DNA of 11,461 bases from Candidatus Hadarchaeota archaeon (GCA_964452145.1 CAYVLA010000107.1:1-11461), one strand, 5' to 3'. Positions 1-8,111 are shown, numbered from the stretch's first letter. Numbers and translations are program-made. Notes: generated by a model not told the origin, from the letters alone.

Positions 1-178
1 ACCGTCAGCTTGCCCTTCATCCTCGAGAACTCGCCTGGCGTGTAGCAGAGGAACTCGGGGTCCCCCTGGTCGAAGTGCGAGAACCTTAGCATCTCGGCGC
101 CCCTGCTCGGGAATCTCTGTCCCTCGAAATCGCCGACACCGGGAGTATGTCGATGTCGGAGTCGTGAACGTGGTCCAA
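1..178 (-). pseudogene. Remnant of a minimal nucleotidyltransferase (MNT) antitoxin; 5'-truncated, frameshifted, runs off the window edge
   Basis: Manual minus-strand translation gives DHVHDSDIDILPVS, then after a frameshift near 131-136 DFEGQRFPSRGAEMLRFSHFDQGDPEFLCYTPGEFSRMKGKLT. It has the SDxD motif, and FLCYTPGEF is identical to the MNT at 8072-8416. The upstream FGSR motif is missing, with an in-frame TGA at 179-181. Confidence 0.8.
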
Positions 179-229
179 TCATTCTCGGAAGTCGAGGCGG
201 GGAGGGTGAGGGCCAGCATGCTATTGGAG

Positions 230-1168
230 CTATCCTTCCGATCTTCTGAGCCTCTGCCTGAGTGATCCAAGACTGGTAGCTATGTGTGCCGGCATCAGGC
301 ATCCGGCGAGGATGATCCAGGATCTCGGGTCAAGGGGTTCTTCCCTGAAGATCTGCAGGGCCAGCTTGCCGGCCTCACTATTCTTGCCCTCCCTCCGGTC
401 CTCGGCCCAGAGGGCCCTTTCCTCCTTCAGGATCTTCCTTCTCACCATCCCTGCTATGTCAGCGCCTTGGGGGTCCGAGGTCTCGGTGCGTTCGAGCCCG
501 CGAAGGATGCGTATGTGGGCCTTGAGAACCCTGCTCCTGGATTTGCTTATGCTTGCTGGGTGTCTGCGCCACTTCCCAATGACCTGGGGCAGGTATCCGA
601 AGGGGCATCCTGCTTGGGCGAGCCTGATCCACAGATCGAGGTCCTCGGTCGGCGTGGAATCAGGGTCGAGGCCCGAAACCCTGTCCAGCCACTTCCTTCT
701 TACGATGACGGTGGCAATGCCTATGGTGTTGTGCCGGACTATCTGTTCCAGGGTCAGGGAGGGGGGATGCTCGGTGTGTATGCTCGGCCCCATGGCCCTC
801 CCCCGGGCATCGATCCGCACGTAGTCTCCGTGGACGAGGCCCACCTCGGGATGCTCGTCCATGTAGCCTACCTGTGCCTCGAGTTTGCCGGGCATCCATA
901 GATCGTCAGAGTTGAGGAAGGCTATCAGCTCGCCGAGGCTATGCCTCAGGCCAAGGTTATGGGCAGCAGCCGGGCCTGAGTTGGGCTGTTTGAAGTACCT
1001 TATTCTGTCCCTGTAGGGCTCAAGCACATCTTCGGTATCATCGGTGGATCCATCGTTTACTACGATGATTTCGTAGTCCCTAAATCCCTGCTGAAATATG
1101 CTGTTCAAGCTCTCTTGGATGAAGCTAGCCTGATTGTGTGTGGCCATTATGACGCTGACCCGGGGCAC
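230..1168 (-). CDS. Glycosyltransferase family 2 (GT-A fold)
   Basis: Motifs VSVIMATHN, YEIIVVNDGSTD, NSGPAAAHNLG, AFLNSDD (DxD-like) and EDLDLW. GTG start 10 bp after the stop of the upstream gene. Confidence 0.93.
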   Translation of the reverse strand: MPRVSVIMATHNQASFIQESLNSIFQQGFRDYEIIVVNDGSTDDTEDVLEPYRDRIRYFKQPNSGPAAAHNLGLRHSLGELIAFLNSDDLWMPGKLEAQVGYMDEHPEVGLVHGDYVRIDARGRAMGPSIHTEHPPSLTLEQIVRHNTIGIATVIVRRKWLDRVSGLDPDSTPTEDLDLWIRLAQAGCPFGYLPQVIGKWRRHPASISKSRSRVLKAHIRILRGLERTETSDPQGADIAGMVRRKILKEERALWAEDRREGKNSEAGKLALQIFREEPLDPRSWIILAGCLMPAHIATSLGSLRQRLRRSEG

Positions 1169-1178
1169 TCACAATCCC

Positions 1179-2237
1179 TCACGCGAAGTACCTGTACAGA
1201 AGGTTTCCAGCCTTCTCGGTCATCTCATCCGGGACGCCCTCCTCGGTGAACAATTCTGTCAGCTCACCCAGCAGCGATCCGGCGATCTGCTCCTTCTGGC
1301 TTCCGGCAGCTGCGGACTGGGGTTTGTACCGGAGGAAGGCTATCTCCTTCTCAACGGATCCGAAATGCCTCTTGAAACGGCATAGCCCTTCCTGATCGGC
1401 GTCGCTCAGGCCGAAGTCCCAGGAGCGACACCCGAGTCGCTTGCCCAGGAGCATCCCCTCCCAGACCAAGAGATCATTCGGTCTGAGGCCCAGATGGTCG
1501 GGATCTGATGCATTGAACTTGTAGTAGATCGTGCCGTTCCAGATCAGAAAGAGCACTGCCGCCGCTGGTTTCCCTTGGTGCCGGGCCATCAGGATGAACC
1601 CCTTACGGGGAAAGAAGTGCTGCGAGATGTTCTCGAAGAAGAGACGTGGCTGGGCGAGTAGCCTGTACTTGCGTTTCCTGACCCCCAGATGCATTCTGTA
1701 GAACTCTGAGACGGCCTCGGGACTTGTCTCTACCTGAACCGATACACCTTGCCGCCTGGCCTTTTCCACCGCCCTGCGCGTGGAGTCCCGCATGACCGCC
1801 CAGAGGCTATCTTGGCTCCTTGTGAGATCCAGGCCATGCCACTTCGCTGTTCTAGTGGTCTTGAGTCTAGCATCCCTCTTTGCGATCTCGTTGCGCAGAC
1901 ATCTGATGGTGATTGGGTTTTCGCGCAGACGGAGGACGTCGATGAGGGCTTCCCAGTCTCTCTTGGTGTTGGCGATGGGGTCGCAGTAGTCTGAGAAGGG
2001 CAAGGATACGATTCTCTTGCCAAAGAGGGAGTCCTCAACCAGACAGTAGGCGAGTCCGGCCCGGGATCCATTCTGATCCTCGGGAATCACGATCCCTTTG
2101 GCCTCGAAGCCATAGGTCTCTCTGAGAACTGCAATCCAGTCCGGGGAATTGAAGACCGAGCTGCGGGCAGCCAGCCGATGCCAGAGGATATTGGAGACAG
2201 GATCAACTTCGATGGGGTAGTTCCCGCTTCCATCCAT
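1179..2237 (-). CDS. GNAT-fold FemAB-like acyl/aminoacyl transferase (Acetyltransf_6-like)
   Basis: Motifs SLPFSDYCDP, RRAVEKARRQGV, YKFNASD..HLGLRPNDLLVW and WDFGLS...GLCRFKRHFG. Start moved from 2390 to the ATG at 2237, 1 bp after the epimerase stop, which removes a 150-bp overlap. Confidence 0.85.
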   Translation of the reverse strand: MDGSGNYPIEVDPVSNILWHRLAARSSVFNSPDWIAVLRETYGFEAKGIVIPEDQNGSRAGLAYCLVEDSLFGKRIVSLPFSDYCDPIANTKRDWEALIDVLRLRENPITIRCLRNEIAKRDARLKTTRTAKWHGLDLTRSQDSLWAVMRDSTRRAVEKARRQGVSVQVETSPEAVSEFYRMHLGVRKRKYRLLAQPRLFFENISQHFFPRKGFILMARHQGKPAAAVLFLIWNGTIYYKFNASDPDHLGLRPNDLLVWEGMLLGKRLGCRSWDFGLSDADQEGLCRFKRHFGSVEKEIAFLRYKPQSAAAGSQKEQIAGSLLGELTELFTEEGVPDEMTEKAGNLLYRYFA

Positions 2238-2238
2238 G

Positions 2239-3375
2239 TCAAGACCTCTCGGCTCTTGGGACAACCATCCCCTTTGCCCTGAGTCGTCCTTCCTCTGTGG
2301 AGTAGTACTCCGGGACTTCTGCCAGAGATCCAAACCAGTCGAGGTATCTCTGGATGCCCTCCTCGAGGCCGGTCCCAGACCGGAAGCCAAGGCCTGCGAG
2401 CCGACTCGTGTCCAGCAGGAGGTGCCTTATGTCGCCTGGCCGGAACTCGCCCGGGACCTCCGGCGGAATCGGGCTCCTCAGGGCTTCGGAGAGGAGATGG
2501 GCGATCTGGAGCACGGTGGTACTGGTTCCGGTCCCCACATTGAAGGCGAGGTAGTCCATCGCTCCGTGCTGGGCAGCAAAGAGGTTGGCTCGGGCGATGT
2601 CTCCCACGAAGACCCAGTCTCGCTGCTGCCCGCCATCCTCGTATATGATGGGAGGAAGACCATTGGCAAGCCTGCTGGCGAAGATGGATACAACGCCGGC
2701 ATAGATGTTGGAGAAGGACTGCCCCGGGCCGTAAACCACTCCGTATCGGAGGGCAACGGTCGGGATCCCGACCTCCTTGCCCAGGGAGAGGGAAACTCGC
2801 TCTTCCGCTATCTTCGAAAGGGCATAGGGAGTCATGCCTCCAAGGGGCGATGACTCGCCAGTGCGCACAGGCTGCATCCTTCGCCCGCACTCGTCGCACT
2901 TAGGTTCCCAGTCGCCCTCCAGAAGCTGCAGGAGGGGCCGGGGATCAGGGTGCTTTGCGCCATGGTCGGGACAGATATATGTGCCTTCTCCGTAGACTGC
3001 TTGGGAGGACGCGACCACCACCCTCTCGAGGGGCTTGCCGGCCTTCCTGATCTGGTCGAAGAGGCGAGCCGTCCCGGTGGCATTGACGTCGAAGAACCTG
3101 GCAGCCTGCAGGGGTGAGCCGGTGAAGGCGGCCTGGTGGAAGACGTACTCCACGTCCCTTAGGCATTTCTTCAGGTCCTTGGGGCTCCGGATGTCACCCA
3201 CGACAAGGTCGGCGCCCCCTGGTATGGCCGCAGGTTTCCCGGATGGGTGCACGTAGCGCTCAAGGCTGTCTAGGATTCGGACTCTGCAACCGATCTCCAG
3301 ACACAGCTCCGCCACGTTGCGGCCGATGAGCCCGGCCCCACCGGTTACCAGCACCGTGCTTCCATCCAGGCTCAA
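2239..3375 (-). CDS. NAD-dependent nucleotide-sugar epimerase/dehydratase (extended SDR; resembles the WbiB dTDP-rhamnose 4-epimerase subgroup)
   Basis: Rossmann motif VLVTGGAGLIG, VFHQAA, ASSQAVYG, catalytic YxxxK (YALSK), LRYGVVYGPGQ and RDWVFVGD. TTG start overlaps the upstream TGA (TTGA). Confidence 0.92.
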   Translation of the reverse strand: MSLDGSTVLVTGGAGLIGRNVAELCLEIGCRVRILDSLERYVHPSGKPAAIPGGADLVVGDIRSPKDLKKCLRDVEYVFHQAAFTGSPLQAARFFDVNATGTARLFDQIRKAGKPLERVVVASSQAVYGEGTYICPDHGAKHPDPRPLLQLLEGDWEPKCDECGRRMQPVRTGESSPLGGMTPYALSKIAEERVSLSLGKEVGIPTVALRYGVVYGPGQSFSNIYAGVVSIFASRLANGLPPIIYEDGGQQRDWVFVGDIARANLFAAQHGAMDYLAFNVGTGTSTTVLQIAHLLSEALRSPIPPEVPGEFRPGDIRHLLLDTSRLAGLGFRSGTGLEEGIQRYLDWFGSLAEVPEYYSTEEGRLRAKGMVVPRAERS

Positions 3376-4490
3376 GGCTTGCCCCCCCGAGCCCCGGCTA
3401 GCTCCCTGACTGCTCGCGCCGTGTGCTCAGCCTCCTCCTCGGTCATGCCCACATAGATGGGGAGGGAGAGGATTCGGGCGGCCGCTCGTTCCGCAGCTGG
3501 GAACTGGCCTTTCCCGTAGCCCAGGTGAGAGAAGCAGGGCTGCAGGTGGATAGGCACGGGGTAGTGGAGACCGGTGCCTATCCCTTGCTCTGCCAGCCGG
3601 GACCTGACCCCATCCCTGTCCTCGGTCTGGATCACGTATTGGTGGTAGACATGGTAGCAGTGCGGGAGGGACCGAGGCGTTGTGGCACTTGACCCTTCCA
3701 ACCACTCATCATAGATTCTGGCTGTTTCGCGCCTCTGTCTGTTCCACTCATCCAGGTGCCTGAGCTTGACCCTGAGAACGGCAGCTTGGAGCGTGTCAAG
3801 CCTGCTATTGAAGGCTGGCAGGGCGTGGTTGTGCTTGCCCTGCTGGCCATAGTCACGCATGGCTCTGACCCTCGCCGCAACCTCGTCATCGTTGGTGACC
3901 AGGGCCCCTCCGTCTCCGAAGGCACCTAGGTTCTTGGTGGGATAGAAGGAGAAGGCAGCAAAGTCGCCCAGGGCACCGACCCTTCGTCCCCGGTATTCTG
4001 CACCGTGGGCCTGACAGGCGTCTTCGATCACGGCAAGGCCGCAGCGCTCCGCAAAATCCCTGACCTGATCCATCTCTGCGGGCTGTCCATAGAGATGAAC
4101 AGGCATGACGGCCTTGGTTCCCTCCCTGATCCGTTTCTCGGCGTCCCCAACATCGATATTGTAGGTTTCCGGTTCCATGTCCACGAGGAGGGGCGTGCCA
4201 CCGGTGAAGGACACCGATGAGCTGCTGGCGATGAAGCTGTTGGTGGGTGTGAGGACATAATCCCCCCTTGATATACCGAGGGCCGACATGCCAAGCTCCA
4301 GTGCCGATAGCCCTGAGCTTGTCCCTATGGCATGTTTTGAGCCACAGTACCGAGCGAACTCCTTCTCAAAATCGTTGAGGGCTTCGCCTAGGATGAAGTC
4401 GCCCCTGCCAATCACGCCCTCCAAGGCAGCCCTGATCTGCGGCCTGAGCATTTCGTTCTGGCGCCCCAGATCGACGAAGGGAACCCTCAT
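3372..4490 (-). CDS. DegT/DnrJ/EryC1/StrS family PLP-dependent sugar aminotransferase
   Basis: Motifs VPFVDL, MPVHLYGQ, IEDACQAHGA, FSFYPTKNLGAFGDGG (PLP lysine), NSRLDTLQAA, HYPVPIHLQP and LSLPIY. Confidence 0.95.
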   Translation of the reverse strand: MRVPFVDLGRQNEMLRPQIRAALEGVIGRGDFILGEALNDFEKEFARYCGSKHAIGTSSGLSALELGMSALGISRGDYVLTPTNSFIASSSSVSFTGGTPLLVDMEPETYNIDVGDAEKRIREGTKAVMPVHLYGQPAEMDQVRDFAERCGLAVIEDACQAHGAEYRGRRVGALGDFAAFSFYPTKNLGAFGDGGALVTNDDEVAARVRAMRDYGQQGKHNHALPAFNSRLDTLQAAVLRVKLRHLDEWNRQRRETARIYDEWLEGSSATTPRSLPHCYHVYHQYVIQTEDRDGVRSRLAEQGIGTGLHYPVPIHLQPCFSHLGYGKGQFPAAERAAARILSLPIYVGMTEEEAEHTARAVRELAGARGGKP

Positions 4491-4513
4491 TGGCTCGAGG
4501 TTCGAGACGTCCT

Positions 4514-4530
4514 CATATAATCCTGCCTTC
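4514..4530 (-). promoter_or_regulatory. Putative archaeal BRE/TATA promoter of the glycan operon (likely leaderless mRNA)
   Basis: Minus strand reads GAAGGCAGGA-TTATATG, with the TATA-like box about 25 bp upstream of the ATG at 4490. It is an AT-rich spot in GC-rich DNA. Confidence 0.55.
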
Positions 4531-4580
4531 CAAATGTTTCACAGCCGTCCATAATAAGGCAGACGGGTCCCCGTTGGGGC

Positions 4581-4676
4581 GGGAACGTCCTGGTGCACGG
4601 CTATTTCGAGATCGATACCGCGATCGTGTGGGAAGCAGCAACCCGCGACCTGCCAGCCTTGAGACCCCTGATTGTG
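4581..4676 (+). pseudogene. C-terminal remnant of a HepT/DUF86-type HEPN RNase toxin
   Basis: Manual translation gives GNVLVHGYFEIDTAIVWEAATRDLPALRPLIV, matching the DUF86 pattern RNxLxHxYxxID..IVW....DLPxL. The catalytic R of Rx4HxY appears as G and the N-terminal two thirds are absent. Not in the ORF track. Confidence 0.8.
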
Positions 4677-4684
4677 CGTGGCGA

Positions 4685-6192
4685 TCAGCCTGGGGGCTGC
4701 GGGGCAGAGGTGTTGATTGCTTTCTTCATGTTCCCTTCGTTCTCTCGGTGCCAGGAGGCTTGATGGAGTAGCATGATCGTGAGGAGGCCCGCGATCACGA
4801 CCTGCAAGGGTCCGGCCTGTTCCGGGATCGTCGCTCCTTCTAGCTTGAGGGTCAGCCTCTGGGATGCCGATATGTTCAGCTCGGCCTGGGCCTGGTGGGA
4901 GCCATAGGACGCCTTGATGGTGTAGAGCTGGGAGGGCGTGCGGCCTGCCTGGTCGGCCGTCCATTCGTTTAGGAGTAGCGTGGCAACTCCGGCTTGATCG
5001 GTCGTGGCCGAGTCGGCAAGGGTCTGGTTGGGATGCCATGCCTGCACGTCTGCTTGTGGCACCGCTCTGTCTTGGGAGTCTGCCACGAGGGCCTCGAGTC
5101 TTCGCTTGGAGATGATGGTGGAGAGGTCTTCGGCTGTGCAGTACCCGGTGGAGTCGGTGAGGATGACGCGTGCTTCATCGACGCTATCGATATAATGGGA
5201 GGTCGAGTTGAGGAGGTGGATCGTGGATGTTCCGGCGCCGCGTGTTTGCCAGAGGGTCGTATCTGCGATCCCCATCTGGGATTCGTCCCACGCCATGGCG
5301 TAGAGCAGTTCGCAGCTGCGTATCTCGACGTTCGAGCTGCCGTAGAACCTGAAACCCCAAACTGCCACGTCGGTCTCCCGCAGGGTCACCAGGGGCAGGG
5401 TGCCGCCCGGCAGCCCAGGAGTTGCCGAGCAGTTGTGGGAGAACTCCCAGAAGGTGGCGTGTCTGGGCGCCAGGTCCTCGATGAGGCAGTCCACCGAGGA
5501 GGAGTTCATCATGAGGTAGAACTCAATGGTGCAGAACTCCAAGCTGGCAACCGAGGCATCCCTGGGACTGAGTACCTCCATGCGCGAATCCAGCATCGCT
5601 AGGTCCGAGGTTCCGCTTGTGTGGACGGACGATTGAACATAGGTGGCGTTGATATCTGCCGCGGCACGGTCGTTGATGTTCAGGGAGGTCACGTCTGAAT
5701 CCCAAACCTGAAGGCGCGCGGCGTTGTACAGGTAGATGTACACCCTACTGGTCGTGACGTTGTGGAACGAGACATGGCTGGCGCCATACAGTCTCATCCC
5801 CAACGCGCGCCATAAAGTCTCATCCCCAACGCCATGGGCGACTCGATCGAAGAGTTGTTGGCCCTTATGCTTGGGCCTTCCCCGCTCCCGCCGTCGAGGG
5901 GGTCGCCCAGCGCTATGGAATGCTGTCAGTGGGCGGTCTCGAGGAAGTTGATCTGGGCATCCTCAAGGATCAGGGTCGCATCTCCCCTCAGGATCAGGCT
6001 GCCGTTGATGTCGAGCCTGCCCATTATGGTCGTGACGTTGCCGCTTTCCAGCACCACATCGCCCTGATGGATGGCCCCGGTCGACTCGCCCGCGTACAGC
6101 ACGGTCTGGCCGAGGCTGGGGTATGCGATCAGCACCAATGCTATGAGGAAGATCTGGTGCCCGATCCATCCAGGATTCCCACCGTTTTTCAA
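4685..6192 (-). pseudogene. Disrupted secreted/cell-surface protein with signal peptide, beta-rich repeats, carboxypeptidase-regulatory-like domain and IPE-TM sorting signal
   Basis: ORFs 5926-6309 and 4685-5803 join into one protein if the TGA at 5926-5928 is read through (..FLETAH*QHSIALGDP..RANNSSIESPMALGMRLYGA) and one 26-bp repeat copy is removed (continuing ..SHVSFHNV). N-terminal hydrophobic IFLIALVLIAYPSLG; VPQADVQAW..TTDQAGVATL; C-terminal TIPEQ + VVIAGLLTIMLL. Start is uncertain (TTG 6192 or ATG 6243). Confidence 0.8.
5781..5832. repeat. 26-bp tandem duplication (1 mismatch) that frameshifts the surface-protein gene
   Basis: gcgccatacagtctcatccccaacgc (5781-5806) followed by gcgccataaagtctcatccccaacgc (5807-5832). 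Confidence 0.95.
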
Positions 6193-6391
6193 CCCGCCAC
6201 CGCTAGGAAGGCCCGCCGCTGTTGGATCGGTTCGGCTGGCCATGATCCCATGCCGCGCGTCGGTCTCAAGCCCTAAAGGTTTCTTGTGCTCTCGTTCTCT
6301 TGGACTCATCCGAGTTGCCAGATCGGGGAAGCTTGACGAGGGCCTTCCTCTGGTGCAGCAGAAGGACCCCCAACAACCTGATCTCCGACGC

Positions 6392-6413
6392 CGTTGTCCT
6401 ATCGTTGTCCTAT
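6392..6413. repeat. 11-bp perfect tandem duplication
   Basis: cgttgtcctat x2. Confidence 0.85.
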
Positions 6414-6585
6414 CATGGCAGGATGTGGCGAGGATGGAGACGACCCACCTGATGACACCCTCGGCCGACCCTTGTGTCTCCTGCAGCCTTGTGCCTTGGT
6501 GGAGCCTGGCGGCAACGTCGTATGTCTCTGCAAGGCCGCGATCAAGGGCAGTCAGCTGGCCCGGTGCCCGGTGCGTGGTGCGTGG

Positions 6586-6629
6586 ACAAGTTTTTTATTC
6601 TGGTAGTACCTTTGGTAGTACGGGTGAGG
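6586..6629 (+). promoter_or_regulatory. vapBC promoter with TATA-like box, repeated operator-like motif and SD
   Basis: TTTTTTAT at 6591-6598; TGGTAGTAC at 6601-6609 and 6613-6621 (GGTA-G-TACC is itself palindromic); GGTGAGG at 6623-6629 just before the GTG at 6632. Confidence 0.65.
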
Positions 6630-6631
6630 CT

Positions 6632-6883
6632 GTGGAGAAGGTCAAGGTCACAAGGAAGTTCCAGGTCACGATCCCAAAGGAAGTGAGGGAGAGGGCGAGC
6701 GTAAGGGTGGGGGACGAGCTCTTGGTTAGCGGCACCGAGCGAAGGATCGTCCTGGAGAAATCCCTGGATCTGGAAAAGCTTGCCGGATGCTGGGCCCACA
6801 TCGAGAGCACCGAGGAGTTCATGAAAGCATCCAGAGAGCTGTGGAGGACATGGAAATCCAAGCCATACTCGACACAGACGTGA
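6632..6883 (+). CDS. vapB: AbrB/MazE/SpoVT family antitoxin
   Basis: MEKVKVTRKFQVTIPKEVRERASVRVGDELLV is a classic AbrB motif. True start is the GTG at 6632 after an SD, not 6071. Overlaps the downstream PIN gene. Confidence 0.9.
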   Translation: MEKVKVTRKFQVTIPKEVRERASVRVGDELLVSGTERRIVLEKSLDLEKLAGCWAHIESTEEFMKASRELWRTWKSKPYSTQT

Positions 6884-7281
6884 TCATCGACTACCTCAGG
6901 AAAAGGCCCGACCCCGAGGCCGTGAAGTTGTTCAGGGCGATCAAAACGGGGAGGTTGGCCGCCAACATGACGTCTGTGACGGTCTTCGAGCTGTGTCGCG
7001 GGGCCATGCTTTCCCCCGAGCCCGAGAAGAGCATGAGCCAAGTCGAGGCCCTGCGATCACACCTGAACGTTCTGCCTTTTGATGAAGGGACGGCGGAGAT
7101 GGCATCCGCGATCTGCGTCGCCCTCGAAAGGAAAGGCGAGCCGCTGGAGATACGCGACGTGTTCATCGGTGCTTCGGCCAAGGACCATGCAATGCTGCTG
7201 GTGACTCGCAATCTGGCACACTTCGAGAGGATGCCTGGGGTGGATGTGACTAGTCCGCACGGGTTGTTGGAGAGCCTGTAG
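6850..7281 (+). CDS. vapC: PIN-domain RNase toxin VapC
   Basis: Motifs ILDTDVIIDYL, SVTVFEL, VLPFD, DVFIGASA and LVTRNLAHFERMPG, with the acidic active-site residues retained. ATG at 6850 after GGAGG. Confidence 0.93.
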   Translation: MEIQAILDTDVIIDYLRKRPDPEAVKLFRAIKTGRLAANMTSVTVFELCRGAMLSPEPEKSMSQVEALRSHLNVLPFDEGTAEMASAICVALERKGEPLEIRDVFIGASAKDHAMLLVTRNLAHFERMPGVDVTSPHGLLESL

Positions 7282-7387
7282 CGATCGGGTCACTGCCGAA
7301 TGTGAAAGAGCTCTCGGTGGCAACCGCCTCCATCGCCTCCGCCCGGTCCCATCGAATCCTGACCGAGATGATGATAGTTCCTCGGAT

Positions 7388-7416
7388 CACTTCAGCGGCA
7401 TGGCGCGGCTGAAGTG
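7388..7416. repeat. Perfect 9-bp inverted repeat between convergent genes
   Basis: cacttcagc-N11-gctgaagtg. Confidence 0.6.
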
Positions 7417-7512
7417 CAAAAGATGGTCCGCCTGAGAGCATTGCTCTGTGGTCAGGGGGTGATGCATCATCCGAGCTGCGAAGCCGTGATGCGTACAGGT
7501 TGCGTACGGGGG

Positions 7513-7866
7513 CTACAGGTCGTCCACGGCTTTCAGAAGGGCCTCGTATAGCTGGCCGTCGCACCGCCATCCTGAGGCCATCAACCTTCTCAGGGCGGCC
7601 TTTGCACCATCCTTGTCCAGCTTTCGCTTCCGGACCATCCTCATCACGACGCCGTAACTGCCTTCCTTCTCGACGCCATGCATGACGCATATCCGTCTTG
7701 CCACGGGATCGTCCACGATGGCAGTTGCCCCCAGTTGCCTGGCGAGGGCGATGGTCTCCGCCTCGCCCCTGTGGATGTCCCTGTGTGCGGCAAGCAGCTT
7801 GGCCAGTTGCAGCGGCGCCTCCCTTACAACCAAGACCCCTTCTGAGACCAGGGCCCGGACGACCGC
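7513..7866 (-). pseudogene. 5'-truncated PIN-domain protein (DUF3368/COG2405-like)
   Basis: Motifs IHRGEAETIALARQLGATAIVDDPVARR, GSYGVVMRM and LMASGWRCDGQLY. The ORF extension 7867-8265 is antisense of the HEPN/MNT genes and lacks the N-terminal PIN Asp motif. Confidence 0.8.
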
Positions 7867-8111
7867 TCTTGATCGAGAGGCAGGGGAAGTTCCCCAGGGT
7901 TCACGATCTGGTCTTCCTCGGAAAACGTGTGGGCATCCCTGATGAACTGCTGGAAACCTGCAAGAAGATCTCTCCCGCCTACACCTAGGCCCGGTATCCC
8001 GATGTGATCGAGAACTCGGACCTGGAAGGCAGGATCCAAGGCTTCCTGAGCCGCACCGAGGAGGTGCTGAAATGGGTAGAAGAAAGGATGCGGAAGATGC
8101 GAGAAACGTGA
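7866..8111 (+). pseudogene. C-terminal half of a HEPN-domain protein (COG2250-like) with an internal stop
   Basis: Translates as LLIERQGKFPRVHDLVFLGKRVGIPDELLETCKKISPAYT*ARYPDVIENSDLEGRIQGFLSRTEEVLKWVEERMRKMRET*. It has the HDL and RYPD motifs, a TAG at 7986-7988, no N-terminal HQxxEKxLK region, and overlaps the MNT start. Confidence 0.85.

Noticed and set aside
5781..5832. Repeat pair as a mini CRISPR array
   Set aside because: The two copies are directly adjacent with no spacer, lie inside a coding frame, and no cas genes are present.
6300..6585. Coding-like intergenic stretch (e.g. ALVEPGGNVVCLCKAAIKG)
   Set aside because: No recognisable family in any frame. It may be another remnant, but this is unsupported.
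6071..6631. Long N-terminal extension of the AbrB ORF (270 aa)
   Set aside because: It overlaps the surface-protein gene on the opposite strand and runs through the TATA, operator and SD. AbrB homology begins at 6632.
7287..7390. Possible heavily decayed PIN C-terminus (ATASIASARSHRILT..)
   Set aside because: The similarity is weak and needs several assumed indels, so it cannot be supported without an HMM search.
5926..7988. In-frame TGA (5926-5928) and TAG (7986-7988) as selenocysteine, pyrrolysine or genetic-code reassignment
   Set aside because: Both genes carry independent lesions (a frameshifting duplication and a 5' truncation), and intact genes here end normally in TAG (GT2, vapC) and TGA (DegT, epimerase, MNT).
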